The notes under the pieces were generated by a model that saw nothing but the letters and a program-made list of their open reading frames with translations, ran no database searches and was not told the origin of the DNA. 64,000 nucleotides of DNA from an uncultured Gammaproteobacteria bacterium (GTDB lineage Bacteria; Patescibacteriota; Patescibacteriia; Magasanikbacterales; UBA922), in the NCBI GenBank assembly GCA_965231005.1, contig OZ246405.1:1095829-1159828 (forward strand), given 5' to 3'. Both the position numbers and the translations under genes were made by a program. Shown here one piece after another: positions 44,575-53,921 of the stretch. Every line of letters starts with the position of its first letter. Position 1 is the first letter of the stretch.

Positions 44575-45585
44575 ATGAATATTCTTGCAATTGAATCATC
44601 TTGCGATGATACATCCGTAGCATTAGTAAACTGTTCTGAAAAAGGAACAGTTATTCTTGCTGAAAAAACTGCAAGCCAAATTGATATTCACAAAAAGTAT
44701 GGTGGTGTTATTCCGGAAATCGCTGGCAGAAAACATGCTGAAGCAATCTTTCCTGTTATTGAAGAAGTAATGAACAATCAAAAAAAGCCAGATGCTATTG
44801 CTGTAACGTCTGGACCAGGTCTTATGACAGGACTTCTTATTGGCGTAGAAGCAGCAAAAATACTTTCCTATCTCTGGAATATTCCACTTATTTCAATAAA
44901 TCATATTGAAGGACATATTTATTCAACACTTCTTGGTGAAGAAAACAAAAAAATAGTATTTCCAGCAATGTGTCTTATTGTAAGTGGTGGACATACAGAG
45001 CTGATCTTAATGAAAGATCATGGTGACTATGAATTAATTGGAAAAACAAGAGATGATGCTGCAGGAGAAGCATTTGATAAAGTTGCAAAACTTCTTGGTA
45101 TGGATTATCCTGGCGGTCCACAAATTTCTAAAAACGCAGAAAAAGGAAATCCAACAGCAATCAACTTCCCTCGCCCAATGATTGATAGTGATGATTTTGA
45201 TTTTAGTTTTGCAGGATTAAAAACAGCAGTTCTCTATCACATGAAAGATAATCCAGATGCCAATGTTGCAGATGTATGTGCAAGTTTTGAACAAGCTGCT
45301 GTTGATGTACTTGTTTCCAAAACTGAAAAGGCAGTAAAAAAGTATAATGCAAAAACACTCATCCTTGGTGGTGGTGTTAGTGCAAACACAAAACTCAAAG
45401 AGTCTTTGCAAACAATAGTTGATGATTCCCAAATTTCTAATTTCCAATTTCCAATTTCTAAGTATGCTATGGACAACGCAGCAATGATTGGTGCTGCAGC
45501 ATATGAACATGCAAAAAAGAAAAATTTTACTCCTTGGAAAGATATTACTGCTGACTCAAACTGGAAAATCTATGAAAAAAATTAA
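44575..45585 (+). CDS. tsaD: tRNA N6-adenosine threonylcarbamoyltransferase
   Basis: MNILAIESSCDDTSVALV... Kae1/TsaD family; 336 aa. Confidence 0.85.
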   Translation: MNILAIESSCDDTSVALVNCSEKGTVILAEKTASQIDIHKKYGGVIPEIAGRKHAEAIFPVIEEVMNNQKKPDAIAVTSGPGLMTGLLIGVEAAKILSYLWNIPLISINHIEGHIYSTLLGEENKKIVFPAMCLIVSGGHTELILMKDHGDYELIGKTRDDAAGEAFDKVAKLLGMDYPGGPQISKNAEKGNPTAINFPRPMIDSDDFDFSFAGLKTAVLYHMKDNPDANVADVCASFEQAAVDVLVSKTEKAVKKYNAKTLILGGGVSANTKLKESLQTIVDDSQISNFQFPISKYAMDNAAMIGAAAYEHAKKKNFTPWKDITADSNWKIYEKN

Positions 45586-45718
45586 CAACTAGCAATTAAC
45601 AATTAACAAACTATGTGGGTACGGTTCCTGTCCAAAATATTTTTAAAAATTTATATAACAAATTCTAGTATAAAGAACCAACAAAAGTTGTTAATTGCTA
45701 ATTGTTTATTGTTAATTG
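45584..45718. repeat. inverted-repeat pair of the TTGTTAATTGCTAATTGTT family flanking about 85-bp AT-rich spacer
   Basis: Left aacaactagcaattaacaa (45584-45602) is reverse complement of right ttgttaattgctaattgtt (45688-45706) with 1 mismatch; right arm near-identical to 4338-4357. Confidence 0.5.
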
Positions 45719-46924
45719 TCATATATGACCAACCACATAGATAAAAGAATTTACCGCCTACTTATTTCACATGGTTTTTATGGTTGCACGAGAATTTTAA
45801 ACAATGTTTTTTTAAGTTTATACATTTGGAACCTCTCAAGTGGATTTCAGCCACTTGCAATTTATTTTTCCTCTTATTTATTTTTTCATAGTCTCTTTTT
45901 TCATCTTTGGGGATATGTTGTAAAACATGGACATACACATATTGTAAGATTAGTAGGACTTGTTGGAATGCTTGGCTTTTATGGATTTTTATTGTTTGTA
46001 AGACAAGATGCAATAAATCATCTTGTACTTCTTGGTCTTCTCCACGGAATCTTTGGATCAATGTACTGGCTTACCTACCACGTGCTTGTTTTTGATAGCA
46101 CTCATACAAAAAATAGAGCAAACTATTTGGGGATGGAAAATGCCATGTCAATCATTGTGAACGTGGCCACTCCGCTGATTGGAGGTTTTCTTGTCACACT
46201 AAATTTATTTGGTCTAGGATATGAAACCGTCTTTGCATTGTCAGGATTAAGTGTTCTTGCTGCAATTATTATTGGATATGTTACTCCACCAAAAACATAT
46301 TGTGGGCACCTTCATATGCGAGAAACATGGAACTTGGTACGAAAAGAAAAAGACCTTTTAAAAGTTTTTGCTGCACAATTTTTTAGTAATGTTGGATACC
46401 GAGGATCTCTTGATAAAATCCTCCTCTTTTTATTGTTCGATGTTTTACAAAAAGAATTTACCCTTGGTGGATGGCTTGCTGTATTTTCTGCAGTCGCAGT
46501 ATTTTCATCTTGGTACATTGGAAAACATTTGTCACCAGACAAATACAGAACTGCAATTATTTACTCAGGAATTCTTATGTTTGCATCGTTCTTTGCTCTC
46601 ATCGGAATACCACATATTGTAACGTATATTACATTTAGTATTGTAAAAGAAGTGCTTACACCATTTATTCGAATTCCACGACAAGTATATGGAAGAAATT
46701 TGATTCACATTTTAAACAATCACAACAAACATCGTATTGAATTCTTTATTATTCGTGAGTGGTTTGGTATTGGATTTGGAAGAATGTTTAGCTACCTCCT
46801 TCTTTTACCCATCGCTACGCTTGATGGACCAAATTTAAAAATTGTTCTTATTTTTATGGCACTCTCTATGGTTGTGGCACCATATATTCTCTCTAGAATA
46901 AAAACTGATTTAAAAACTGTATAA
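45716..46924 (+). CDS. major-facilitator-like polytopic membrane transporter
   Basis: 402 aa, about 12 predicted hydrophobic helices. Confidence 0.4.
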   Translation: MSYMTNHIDKRIYRLLISHGFYGCTRILNNVFLSLYIWNLSSGFQPLAIYFSSYLFFHSLFFHLWGYVVKHGHTHIVRLVGLVGMLGFYGFLLFVRQDAINHLVLLGLLHGIFGSMYWLTYHVLVFDSTHTKNRANYLGMENAMSIIVNVATPLIGGFLVTLNLFGLGYETVFALSGLSVLAAIIIGYVTPPKTYCGHLHMRETWNLVRKEKDLLKVFAAQFFSNVGYRGSLDKILLFLLFDVLQKEFTLGGWLAVFSAVAVFSSWYIGKHLSPDKYRTAIIYSGILMFASFFALIGIPHIVTYITFSIVKEVLTPFIRIPRQVYGRNLIHILNNHNKHRIEFFIIREWFGIGFGRMFSYLLLLPIATLDGPNLKIVLIFMALSMVVAPYILSRIKTDLKTV

Positions 46925-46930
46925 CTTTAC

Positions 46931-46959
46931 TTGACAATACAAAAGCTGCGCGCTAGTAT
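46931..46959 (+). promoter_or_regulatory. sigma70-like promoter TTGACA-17-TAGTAT upstream of prs
   Basis: ttgaca 46931-46936, tagtat 46954-46959; followed by AAGGGGGA SD before ATG 47030. Confidence 0.35.
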
Positions 46960-47029
46960 AGCGATAGTGAACCTTTTCAACCAAGCGGCCTGATTTTGCA
47001 GGCTGCTTTTCATTCCAAGGGGGAAATCC

Positions 47030-48019
47030 ATGAACGGTCTCAAAGTCTTCGGTGGACGAAGCCATCCTGAACTCACTGCGGAAATCGCTGGAATTCTCGA
47101 TGTCCCGGTCGGACGGAGTCGACTGGTTGTATTCAAGAATACGAACCTGCTGTTCCAATCTGAAGAGAATGTCCGCGAGTGCGACGTCTTCTACGTCCAG
47201 TCCTCATGCGAAGGTGTGGACGAAAACGGACACCCCTTCGAGAGCAACATCCTGGCCATGGAGACGCTCATCGCAGTTGATGCACTCAAGAGTGCATCGG
47301 CAGCACGCGTCACAGTCGTCCTTCCCTACTACCCGTACTCACGATCTGATAAGAAGGACAAGCCGCGAATCAGCATCACGGGCCGCCTCTTCGCTGACCT
47401 GCTCCAGACTGCTGGCGCGGACCGTGTCCTGACCATGGATCTACACTCCCCGCAAATCCAAGGATTCTTCCGGATCCCGGTCGATCAACTCATCGCAGCA
47501 CCGATTCTGTGTGATCATCTGAGGACCTGGAACCTCGACAACACCGTACTGGTCGCTGGTGATGCTGGCGAGGCAAAAGAGCTCGGTCGGTTCGCAAACC
47601 GTCTGCACCTCCCCATGGCCGTCGTGGACAAGCGCCGGTTTGGCGATGACGATACTGCGGTCGCCACGAACCTCATCGGAGATGTCAACGGCATGCGAGC
47701 CATCATCGTCGACGATGAAATCGCCACTGGTGGAACCATTGTCGAGGCTGCGCGTTTCCTGATCGACGAAGGAGCAATCGAGGTTGCTGTTGCATCCACG
47801 CACGCAGTCCTTGCGGGCCCTGCCATGAGTCGAATCAACGACAAGGACTCGCCGTTCAGCCGCATGGTGCTGACCAACACCATCCCGATGGGAGACAAGA
47901 GCTCGGACATCATCACGGTCCTGAGTGTTGCGCCCATGTTCGCAGAAGCGATCCGACGAATCCACGATGGCGACTCAGTCAGTGAGCTGCACGACAGCAC
48001 CAACGAACCCAAGGCCTGA
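47030..48019 (+). CDS. prs: ribose-phosphate pyrophosphokinase (GC-rich xenolog)
   Basis: VVFKNTNLLFQSEENVRE..., DLHSPQIQGFF, IIVDDEIATGGTI PRPP-binding motif; GC content visibly far above neighbours. Confidence 0.8.
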   Translation: MNGLKVFGGRSHPELTAEIAGILDVPVGRSRLVVFKNTNLLFQSEENVRECDVFYVQSSCEGVDENGHPFESNILAMETLIAVDALKSASAARVTVVLPYYPYSRSDKKDKPRISITGRLFADLLQTAGADRVLTMDLHSPQIQGFFRIPVDQLIAAPILCDHLRTWNLDNTVLVAGDAGEAKELGRFANRLHLPMAVVDKRRFGDDDTAVATNLIGDVNGMRAIIVDDEIATGGTIVEAARFLIDEGAIEVAVASTHAVLAGPAMSRINDKDSPFSRMVLTNTIPMGDKSSDIITVLSVAPMFAEAIRRIHDGDSVSELHDSTNEPKA

Positions 48020-48101
48020 ACTTCAAGGAACACAAAACCCGCCAGGTTTGCATGTCATTCGACGTGCGAGCCTGGCGGGTCTGCTTTTTTATATAAGAAA
48101 A

Positions 48102-51100
48102 TTATTCGTTCACTCTAGTTCTCCCCTGTCCTATAATTCCTTCCAACTTATTTTTTAAATCTTCTGTCCAATCAACCGACGACTGTGTACGAATCGTATT
48201 CGCTCCAACATTGATAAATACTTTGTATGGACCTGGATGCATGAAAAATAATTCCTTCAAAGCTTGTCCATTATCTTTTAGTTGATCTTTTGTAACTGTT
48301 AATGAAATTGTTTTTTCAGCACCAGGTTTTACTTCTTGCGATGCTTTTTTATATGATGAAAGATGTCGCTTTAATTGTTCAACTGTATCTGTTGACAATC
48401 CATGAACATTTTCAACAAAAATTTTATTGTCACCATCTTCTTTTGGAGTTTTTCCAACAACGCAAACTACTTTTCCTTCTTCCCACATATCTTTTGTTGC
48501 TTCAAATGTTTTTGGGAATACAAGAAGTTCCATTGATCCAGTTTGATCCTGCAGTGTTACAAACATCATTACTTTTCCTTTTTTAGTAATTTTTTTTGTC
48601 AGTTTATCTATTACACCACCAACAACAAGCCACTGATCTCTAGAAAAATCTTCTACATCTGCAAGAGGAACAACAATATCTTCCATAGTCTGCACAAACG
48701 GTGCAAACGGGTGAGATGAAACATATAAACCAAGTAAATCTTTTTCCCAAACTAATTTTTCATCCATTGTTGCGTTTGGTGCAGGATGTAATTTTACTTT
48801 ATTATCAAACGCAATATTTGTTCCTGCAAACAAACTTTCTTGACTACTTTCTTCTTGTTCTTTTCTATGACGAATAAATAACAACATTTGTTCAATATTT
48901 GCAAGAAGTAATCCCCTGTCATGACCAAAACAATCCATTGCTCCTGCACGAATAAGACTTTCCAATGATTTTTTATTTAAATCTTTGTCTCGAACACGCT
49001 CAAGAAGATCTTCCAGATGCTTGTACTGACCATGTTCTTTTCGTTCTCGATAAATAACTTCACAAATATGCTCTCCAACATTTTTAACGGCTGCCAACCC
49101 AAATCGGATACGGCCTGGTTCACCAGGCTTTGATACCATGGCAAAATTTTTAAAACTTTCATTTATGTCTGGAGGAAGCACTTCAATATTCATGCGACGA
49201 CATTCAGACGTAATCGCTGCAATTTTTTCTGCATCACCAGACTCAGCAGCAAGCACAGACGTCATATACTGCACAGGATAGTGCGCTTTCATGTACGCAG
49301 TTTGGTACGCCACAATTCCATAACTTGCTGCATGTGCTTTGTTAAACCCATACGCAGCAAATGGCTCAATAGCATGCCACATTTCATCGACCACAGACTT
49401 TTCCAATTTCCCATGTGTTTTACATCCTTGATAAAACTTTGCTTTTTGCATAGCCATTTCTGCAGGAATCTTTTTTCCCATGGCTTTTCGAAATTTGTCA
49501 GCTTCCATCCAGTCATATCCTGCAAGTTCAATCGCCGTAAGCATAACATCGTCTTGGTACACCAGTAGACCATATGATGCTTCTAAAATATCTTTTAATC
49601 TTGGATCAAAATATTTTATATATTCCGGATGATATTTTCTTCGAATGTATTCTGGAATAGATTCCATTGGACCAGGACGATACAAGGCAACCATGGCCAT
49701 AATGTCTTCGATACGTGTTGGTTTTAACTCTTTAATCCATCGTGTCATTCCTGAGCCAGCAAGTTGAAATACTCCCATGGTTTCACCACGAGAAAGCATT
49801 GCAAATGTTTGTTCATCATCGAGTGGTAAATTATAAATATCAATTTTTTCTCCAGTTGTTTTTTCTACAATTTCAACCGCATTTCCCAAAATAGCAAGAT
49901 TACGAATTCCAAGAAAATCATTTTTAAGCACACCTGCCGTTTCAACTGATTTCATTTCGTACTGTGTTGTAATTCTTTCACCTCCAGATTCACGTTGCAC
50001 GGGCGTAAAATCTGTCAGTGGTGTTGGAGAAATAACAACACCGGCAGCATGAATTGATGTGTGGCGTGCACATCCTTCTACTTTTACTGCTAAGTCAAGA
50101 AGTTTTTTTACATCTGGATTTGTATCATACAATTTTTTCAAATCTGGTTCTTCATTTAATGCCCGATTTATTGTCATTGGAAATCCTTGCGCGCCAACAG
50201 GAATCAACTTTGCAACTTGATCACAGAACGTGTAGGAAAAACTCAACACACGACCAACATCGCGAACACTTGCCCGAGCAGCCATGGTTCCAAATGTAAT
50301 AATTTGTGCAACTTTATCTTTTCCATATTTCTTTGTCACATATTCAATCATTTCATCTCTTCTATCATCGGCAAAATCAGTATCAACATCAGGAGGACTT
50401 GGACGAAATGGATTTAAGAAACGTTCAAACGGAAGTTTAAATCGAATAGGGTCAACTGTTGTAATGCCAAGAACATATGAAACAAGTGATCCTGCTGCAG
50501 ATCCACGAGTACTTTCAACAATTCCATTATCTTTTGCATACTTCACATAGTCTGCAACACAAATAAAGTATGGGGCATATCCTTTTGTTTCAATAATACC
50601 AAGCTCATAATCAAGACGAGTGGTAATTTCTTCTGTAATGTCATCATAATAATTGTTGACCAATGAATACGCTTGTTCACGCAAAAATTCATCATCTGTC
50701 TTTCCTTTTGGAATGTCAACTGGAGCAAAATGCCAATCGTTGAGTGGAATTTGAATATCAATACGATCTGCAATCTTTACTGTATTTTCAATTGCTTCTG
50801 GTACATGACGAAACCGTGACACAATATCTTCTGCTGTATTCAGTGAACGATCAATATGTCTATAATCATCTCTGTCTGTTTGTTGTACCTTCCATCCTTT
50901 TCCAATGCAGAGTAAAATATCTTGTGCGTCAGCATCGTCAGGATTAATATAATGCACATCACGAGAAACAATCATTGGGATTCCTGTTTCTTGAGAAATT
51001 GTAATTAAATCATTATTTACTTTTAATTGTCCCTCAACAGCAGGATGATCTTGAAGTTCAAGATAAAAATAATCTTTTCCAAAAATTTCTTCAAACTCAA

Positions 51101-51578
51101 CTGCTTTCTTTTTTGCCTCTTCATATTTTTCTTGCAAAAGGAGTTGTGGAATTTCTCCTGTGATATTTCCAGAAAATGCAATAATGCCTTTGTGATATTT
51201 TTTAAGAAGGTCACGACCTACACGCGGTCTATCACAAAAAAAACCATCCAAATGACTAATAGAGGTAAGACGCATCAAATTTTGATACCCTTCAAAAGAT
51301 TCAGCAAGAAGAACCAATTGATATAGGCTGTTATCTTTTTCAGGATCTTTATCCAAATGTCCACGAGGACCAAGAAATACTTCTGTTCCAATAATTGGCT
51401 TAATTTCTTCCTTAAGACATTTTTGATAAAATTCAATGGCACCATACATGGCACCTGTATCAGTAAGTGCAAGTGCTTTAAATCCACGTTCTTTTGCAGT
51501 ATCAACAAGACGCTTTACTTTTGTAAGGCCATTTAATAGTGAAAAATGTGAGTGGACATGAAGATGGACAAAATCCAT
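48102..51578 (-). CDS. dnaE: DNA polymerase III alpha subunit
   Basis: PHP domain MDFVHLHVHSHFSLLNGL..., polymerase core and OB fold; ORF extends to 51659. Confidence 0.85.
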   Translation of the reverse strand: MDFVHLHVHSHFSLLNGLTKVKRLVDTAKERGFKALALTDTGAMYGAIEFYQKCLKEEIKPIIGTEVFLGPRGHLDKDPEKDNSLYQLVLLAESFEGYQNLMRLTSISHLDGFFCDRPRVGRDLLKKYHKGIIAFSGNITGEIPQLLLQEKYEEAKKKAVEFEEIFGKDYFYLELQDHPAVEGQLKVNNDLITISQETGIPMIVSRDVHYINPDDADAQDILLCIGKGWKVQQTDRDDYRHIDRSLNTAEDIVSRFRHVPEAIENTVKIADRIDIQIPLNDWHFAPVDIPKGKTDDEFLREQAYSLVNNYYDDITEEITTRLDYELGIIETKGYAPYFICVADYVKYAKDNGIVESTRGSAAGSLVSYVLGITTVDPIRFKLPFERFLNPFRPSPPDVDTDFADDRRDEMIEYVTKKYGKDKVAQIITFGTMAARASVRDVGRVLSFSYTFCDQVAKLIPVGAQGFPMTINRALNEEPDLKKLYDTNPDVKKLLDLAVKVEGCARHTSIHAAGVVISPTPLTDFTPVQRESGGERITTQYEMKSVETAGVLKNDFLGIRNLAILGNAVEIVEKTTGEKIDIYNLPLDDEQTFAMLSRGETMGVFQLAGSGMTRWIKELKPTRIEDIMAMVALYRPGPMESIPEYIRRKYHPEYIKYFDPRLKDILEASYGLLVYQDDVMLTAIELAGYDWMEADKFRKAMGKKIPAEMAMQKAKFYQGCKTHGKLEKSVVDEMWHAIEPFAAYGFNKAHAASYGIVAYQTAYMKAHYPVQYMTSVLAAESGDAEKIAAITSECRRMNIEVLPPDINESFKNFAMVSKPGEPGRIRFGLAAVKNVGEHICEVIYRERKEHGQYKHLEDLLERVRDKDLNKKSLESLIRAGAMDCFGHDRGLLLANIEQMLLFIRHRKEQEESSQESLFAGTNIAFDNKVKLHPAPNATMDEKLVWEKDLLGLYVSSHPFAPFVQTMEDIVVPLADVEDFSRDQWLVVGGVIDKLTKKITKKGKVMMFVTLQDQTGSMELLVFPKTFEATKDMWEEGKVVCVVGKTPKEDGDNKIFVENVHGLSTDTVEQLKRHLSSYKKASQEVKPGAEKTISLTVTKDQLKDNGQALKELFFMHPGPYKVFINVGANTIRTQSSVDWTEDLKNKLEGIIGQGRTRVNE

Positions 51579-51745
51579 ATAAAAAGGCTTTAAATGCTTA
51601 AAAGGCCAAAAAGGCCTTAAAGGCATCCCTCCTATGTGTTTGTTCGAGTATAGTATCACTATTTGTTTTACGCTTCAACTGTTATGAAATTGACTCCAAA
51701 CCCCTTAATCCGATATACTAGTGTAACTATTTTTAACACGTCTAT

Positions 51746-52180
51746 ATGAAGAAAAATTCATTAATCCGAACCATTTATCTATATTTATTTGCAATGATTG
51801 GTCTTATTCTTATTGTGACTGCAACTGTAGATTTTATTGACATGGGACTTAAAGCATATATCTTTACGCAGGCTGAAGAAGAAGACCGACTCTACGAAAA
51901 AATGCCACCTATGGCACCAAGAAAAATTGCGAACATTGCATCTGAAGACAAAACAACTATTGATGGAAAACTTGAACTTACAGAAGAACAGACAGAAGAA
52001 ATTCAAACGTGGCTTGTAGAATACAAACAATGGAAGGAACGAAATGAAAAATTTGACAGAATTACATCTCGCAGACATAGAGACGCATCTCATAATCTTG
52101 CAATGCTCTTTGTTGGTATTCCTTTATACCTCTACCACTGGGCTGTTATTAAAAAAGAAACAAAAAGCATTTTAGGTTAA
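51746..52180 (+). CDS. hypothetical membrane protein
   Basis: Two terminal hydrophobic helices around a charged central region. Confidence 0.3.
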   Translation: MKKNSLIRTIYLYLFAMIGLILIVTATVDFIDMGLKAYIFTQAEEEDRLYEKMPPMAPRKIANIASEDKTTIDGKLELTEEQTEEIQTWLVEYKQWKERNEKFDRITSRRHRDASHNLAMLFVGIPLYLYHWAVIKKETKSILG

Positions 52181-52200
52181 TTAACAATATCATACTATCT

Positions 52201-52893
52201 ATGAAAAAAATAAACATCATTGTCATCTGTCTTTCATTACTCATGTTTGTGGGAGCAGGATGTGCAGGAGACGAACAAATTCAAAAAGAAACAAGTGAAT
52301 TGCCAAAAGATACTTCTGAAATGGTTGAAGATACTCATGAACAAGAAACTGATGAATCACACGATGACGATGAACACGATCCTGAGGAAGACAGTAAAGA
52401 CTCCAACAAAAAAGACAGCACTGTTAGCAATGAAAATACTGAAGGAAAAAAAGAAACTCCAACAGAAACAAAAGCATCTGAACCGATAAAAAAAGTAGAA
52501 GCACCAAAAACTACAGCAGCGCCTGCACAAGAAAATAAGCCAAAGGCTTCAAGCCAAAGGACTGATCCGTCTTCTGGCGGAGACCAACCTTCGGCTGGAA
52601 AAGAAGAGGTAAAGCAGCAAGTAAAAGAGTTTTCAATGACTGCAAAACAATGGGCGTTTGAACCAAAAACAATTACTGTAAATAATGGAGACAAAGTAAA
52701 AATGGTTATTAAAAGTATTGATGTGAATCATGGAATCAGTATTCCTGCATTTGGTATAAGTCAATTCCTCAAACCAGGGCAGACAGAAGTTATCGAATTT
52801 ACAGCTGACAAAGTTGGAACACATAATTTTTTCTGTAATGTGTCTTGCGGATCTGGCCACCCAAACATGAGTGGAAGTTTGATTGTAAAATAA
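52201..52893 (+). CDS. cupredoxin-domain lipoprotein with CuA-like centre (cytochrome oxidase subunit II-like fold)
   Basis: Lipobox FVGAGCA; acidic linker; C-terminal H(668)...FCNVSCGSGHPNMSG resembles CuA ligand pattern C-x-x-x-C-G-x-x-H-x-x-M plus upstream His. Confidence 0.5.
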   Translation: MKKINIIVICLSLLMFVGAGCAGDEQIQKETSELPKDTSEMVEDTHEQETDESHDDDEHDPEEDSKDSNKKDSTVSNENTEGKKETPTETKASEPIKKVEAPKTTAAPAQENKPKASSQRTDPSSGGDQPSAGKEEVKQQVKEFSMTAKQWAFEPKTITVNNGDKVKMVIKSIDVNHGISIPAFGISQFLKPGQTEVIEFTADKVGTHNFFCNVSCGSGHPNMSGSLIVK

Positions 52894-52910
52894 AGAATAA
52901 TCACACAAAC

Positions 52911-52940
52911 AAAAAATCCTCGTTTTTACGAGGATTTTTT
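52911..52940. terminator. rho-independent terminator
   Basis: aaaaaatcctcg-ttttta-cgaggatttttt. Confidence 0.55.
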
Positions 52941-53059
52941 GGTCTCTACTGTCCCACTCTACAGAGAGAAAAAGTAGTGAATGTGGTCCCCCGCGCTGCT
53001 GCGACAGGGAACCAATGGCCCAAGCCAAGAAAAGGAAAGTACGTGTTATTTCACCGACG

Positions 53060-53345
53060 TCTGGTGTATCGATCGTTGCCGGGTAATGACTATTTGAGTG
53101 CGCTACTCCTACCTACTGATGCCGTTTATTAGAACAGGTTGCGGCCAAACAATCCTCAGAGCAAAGGTCTGGCGACCTCCCCTTCCGGACTTGACAAGCT
53201 ACCCATCCCTTACACAGCCCAGGGCTGCGCATCACGTACTGACTCCATCCCCTCCGTAACGGGGCATTCACTGTCGACCAACACCAGTGGCCAACTCTTT
53301 GCCCCAGCTTCGAGCAAAGATACGGTGTTCAAAAAGAATATTTCT
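53060..53345 (-). ncRNA. ffs: candidate SRP RNA (ffs), boundaries approximate
   Basis: Minus strand reads GTCAAGTCCGGAAGG (complement of 53182-53196), 14/15 identical to domain IV consensus GUCAGGUCCGGAAGG with GGAA tetraloop; embedded in a 440-bp GC-rich hairpin-dense intergenic block in an AT-rich genome. Confidence 0.4.
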
Positions 53346-53477
53346 TCCTGTACATCGTATCTCTGCACTACTAGAAATGGAGTATACTTTTCCTAACTAG
53401 ACAAGGCAGTATAACACAAAAAAGCAGTCTTGTCAAGATCTGTACATGAATAATGATAAAATTTAGCTTATGTAAGC

Positions 53478-53501
53478 AAAAAATCCCCTTTCGGGGATTT
53501 T
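53478..53501. terminator. rho-independent terminator (bidirectional)
   Basis: aaaaatcccc-tttc-ggggatttt. Confidence 0.45.
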
Positions 53502-53504
53502 GTA

Positions 53505-53864
53505 TTATTTTTTCTTTTTTGTAGACTTTTTCTTTTTCTTAGATGAACTTCCAGAGCGTTTTTCTAATTCTTCACCAAGCTTTCCCACTACGAACTTTTC
53601 TACCAATCCACCCACAGCGCTGCTCATAAATCCCATTTTACTTGAGACATTATCAATTTTATCTCGAATAAATTGCACTGCTTCTGCAATGAGCTCAAGT
53701 TTGTCTGTAACATTTTCAATAATATCGTTGGCATTCTTTAATACTCGTGCAGCCTGATATAACAACCAGCAAAGAAATACAGTAAACCACACTATGGAAA
53801 GAGATAGAACAATGTAGAGTAGATCTTGAGAAGTATCAAACATACATCCCCCATTCATCAGCAA
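53505..53864 (-). CDS. hypothetical small membrane protein with Lys-rich tail
   Basis: One N-terminal TM helix, C-terminal KKKKKSTKKKK. Confidence 0.3.
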   Translation of the reverse strand: MLMNGGCMFDTSQDLLYIVLSLSIVWFTVFLCWLLYQAARVLKNANDIIENVTDKLELIAEAVQFIRDKIDNVSSKMGFMSSAVGGLVEKFVVGKLGEELEKRSGSSSKKKKKSTKKKK

Positions 53865-53921
53865 ACGCGACAGGCACTGATGATGTTAAAAATTTAGGTA
53901 TAGAAAGTATAGCACAAAATA

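Noticed and set aside
53139-53396. 85-aa plus-strand ORF (and 52845-53132 ORF) in the GC-rich block
   Set aside because: No RBS and a low-complexity translation; the region is better explained as structured RNA.
52960-53400. RNase P RNA or tmRNA in the GC-rich intergenic block
   Set aside because: I could not find the GGAAAGTCCGGGCUCC / ACAGAANCCGGCUUA P4 strands, nor a tRNA-like 3' end with a tag-peptide reading frame. Only the SRP domain IV motif matched.
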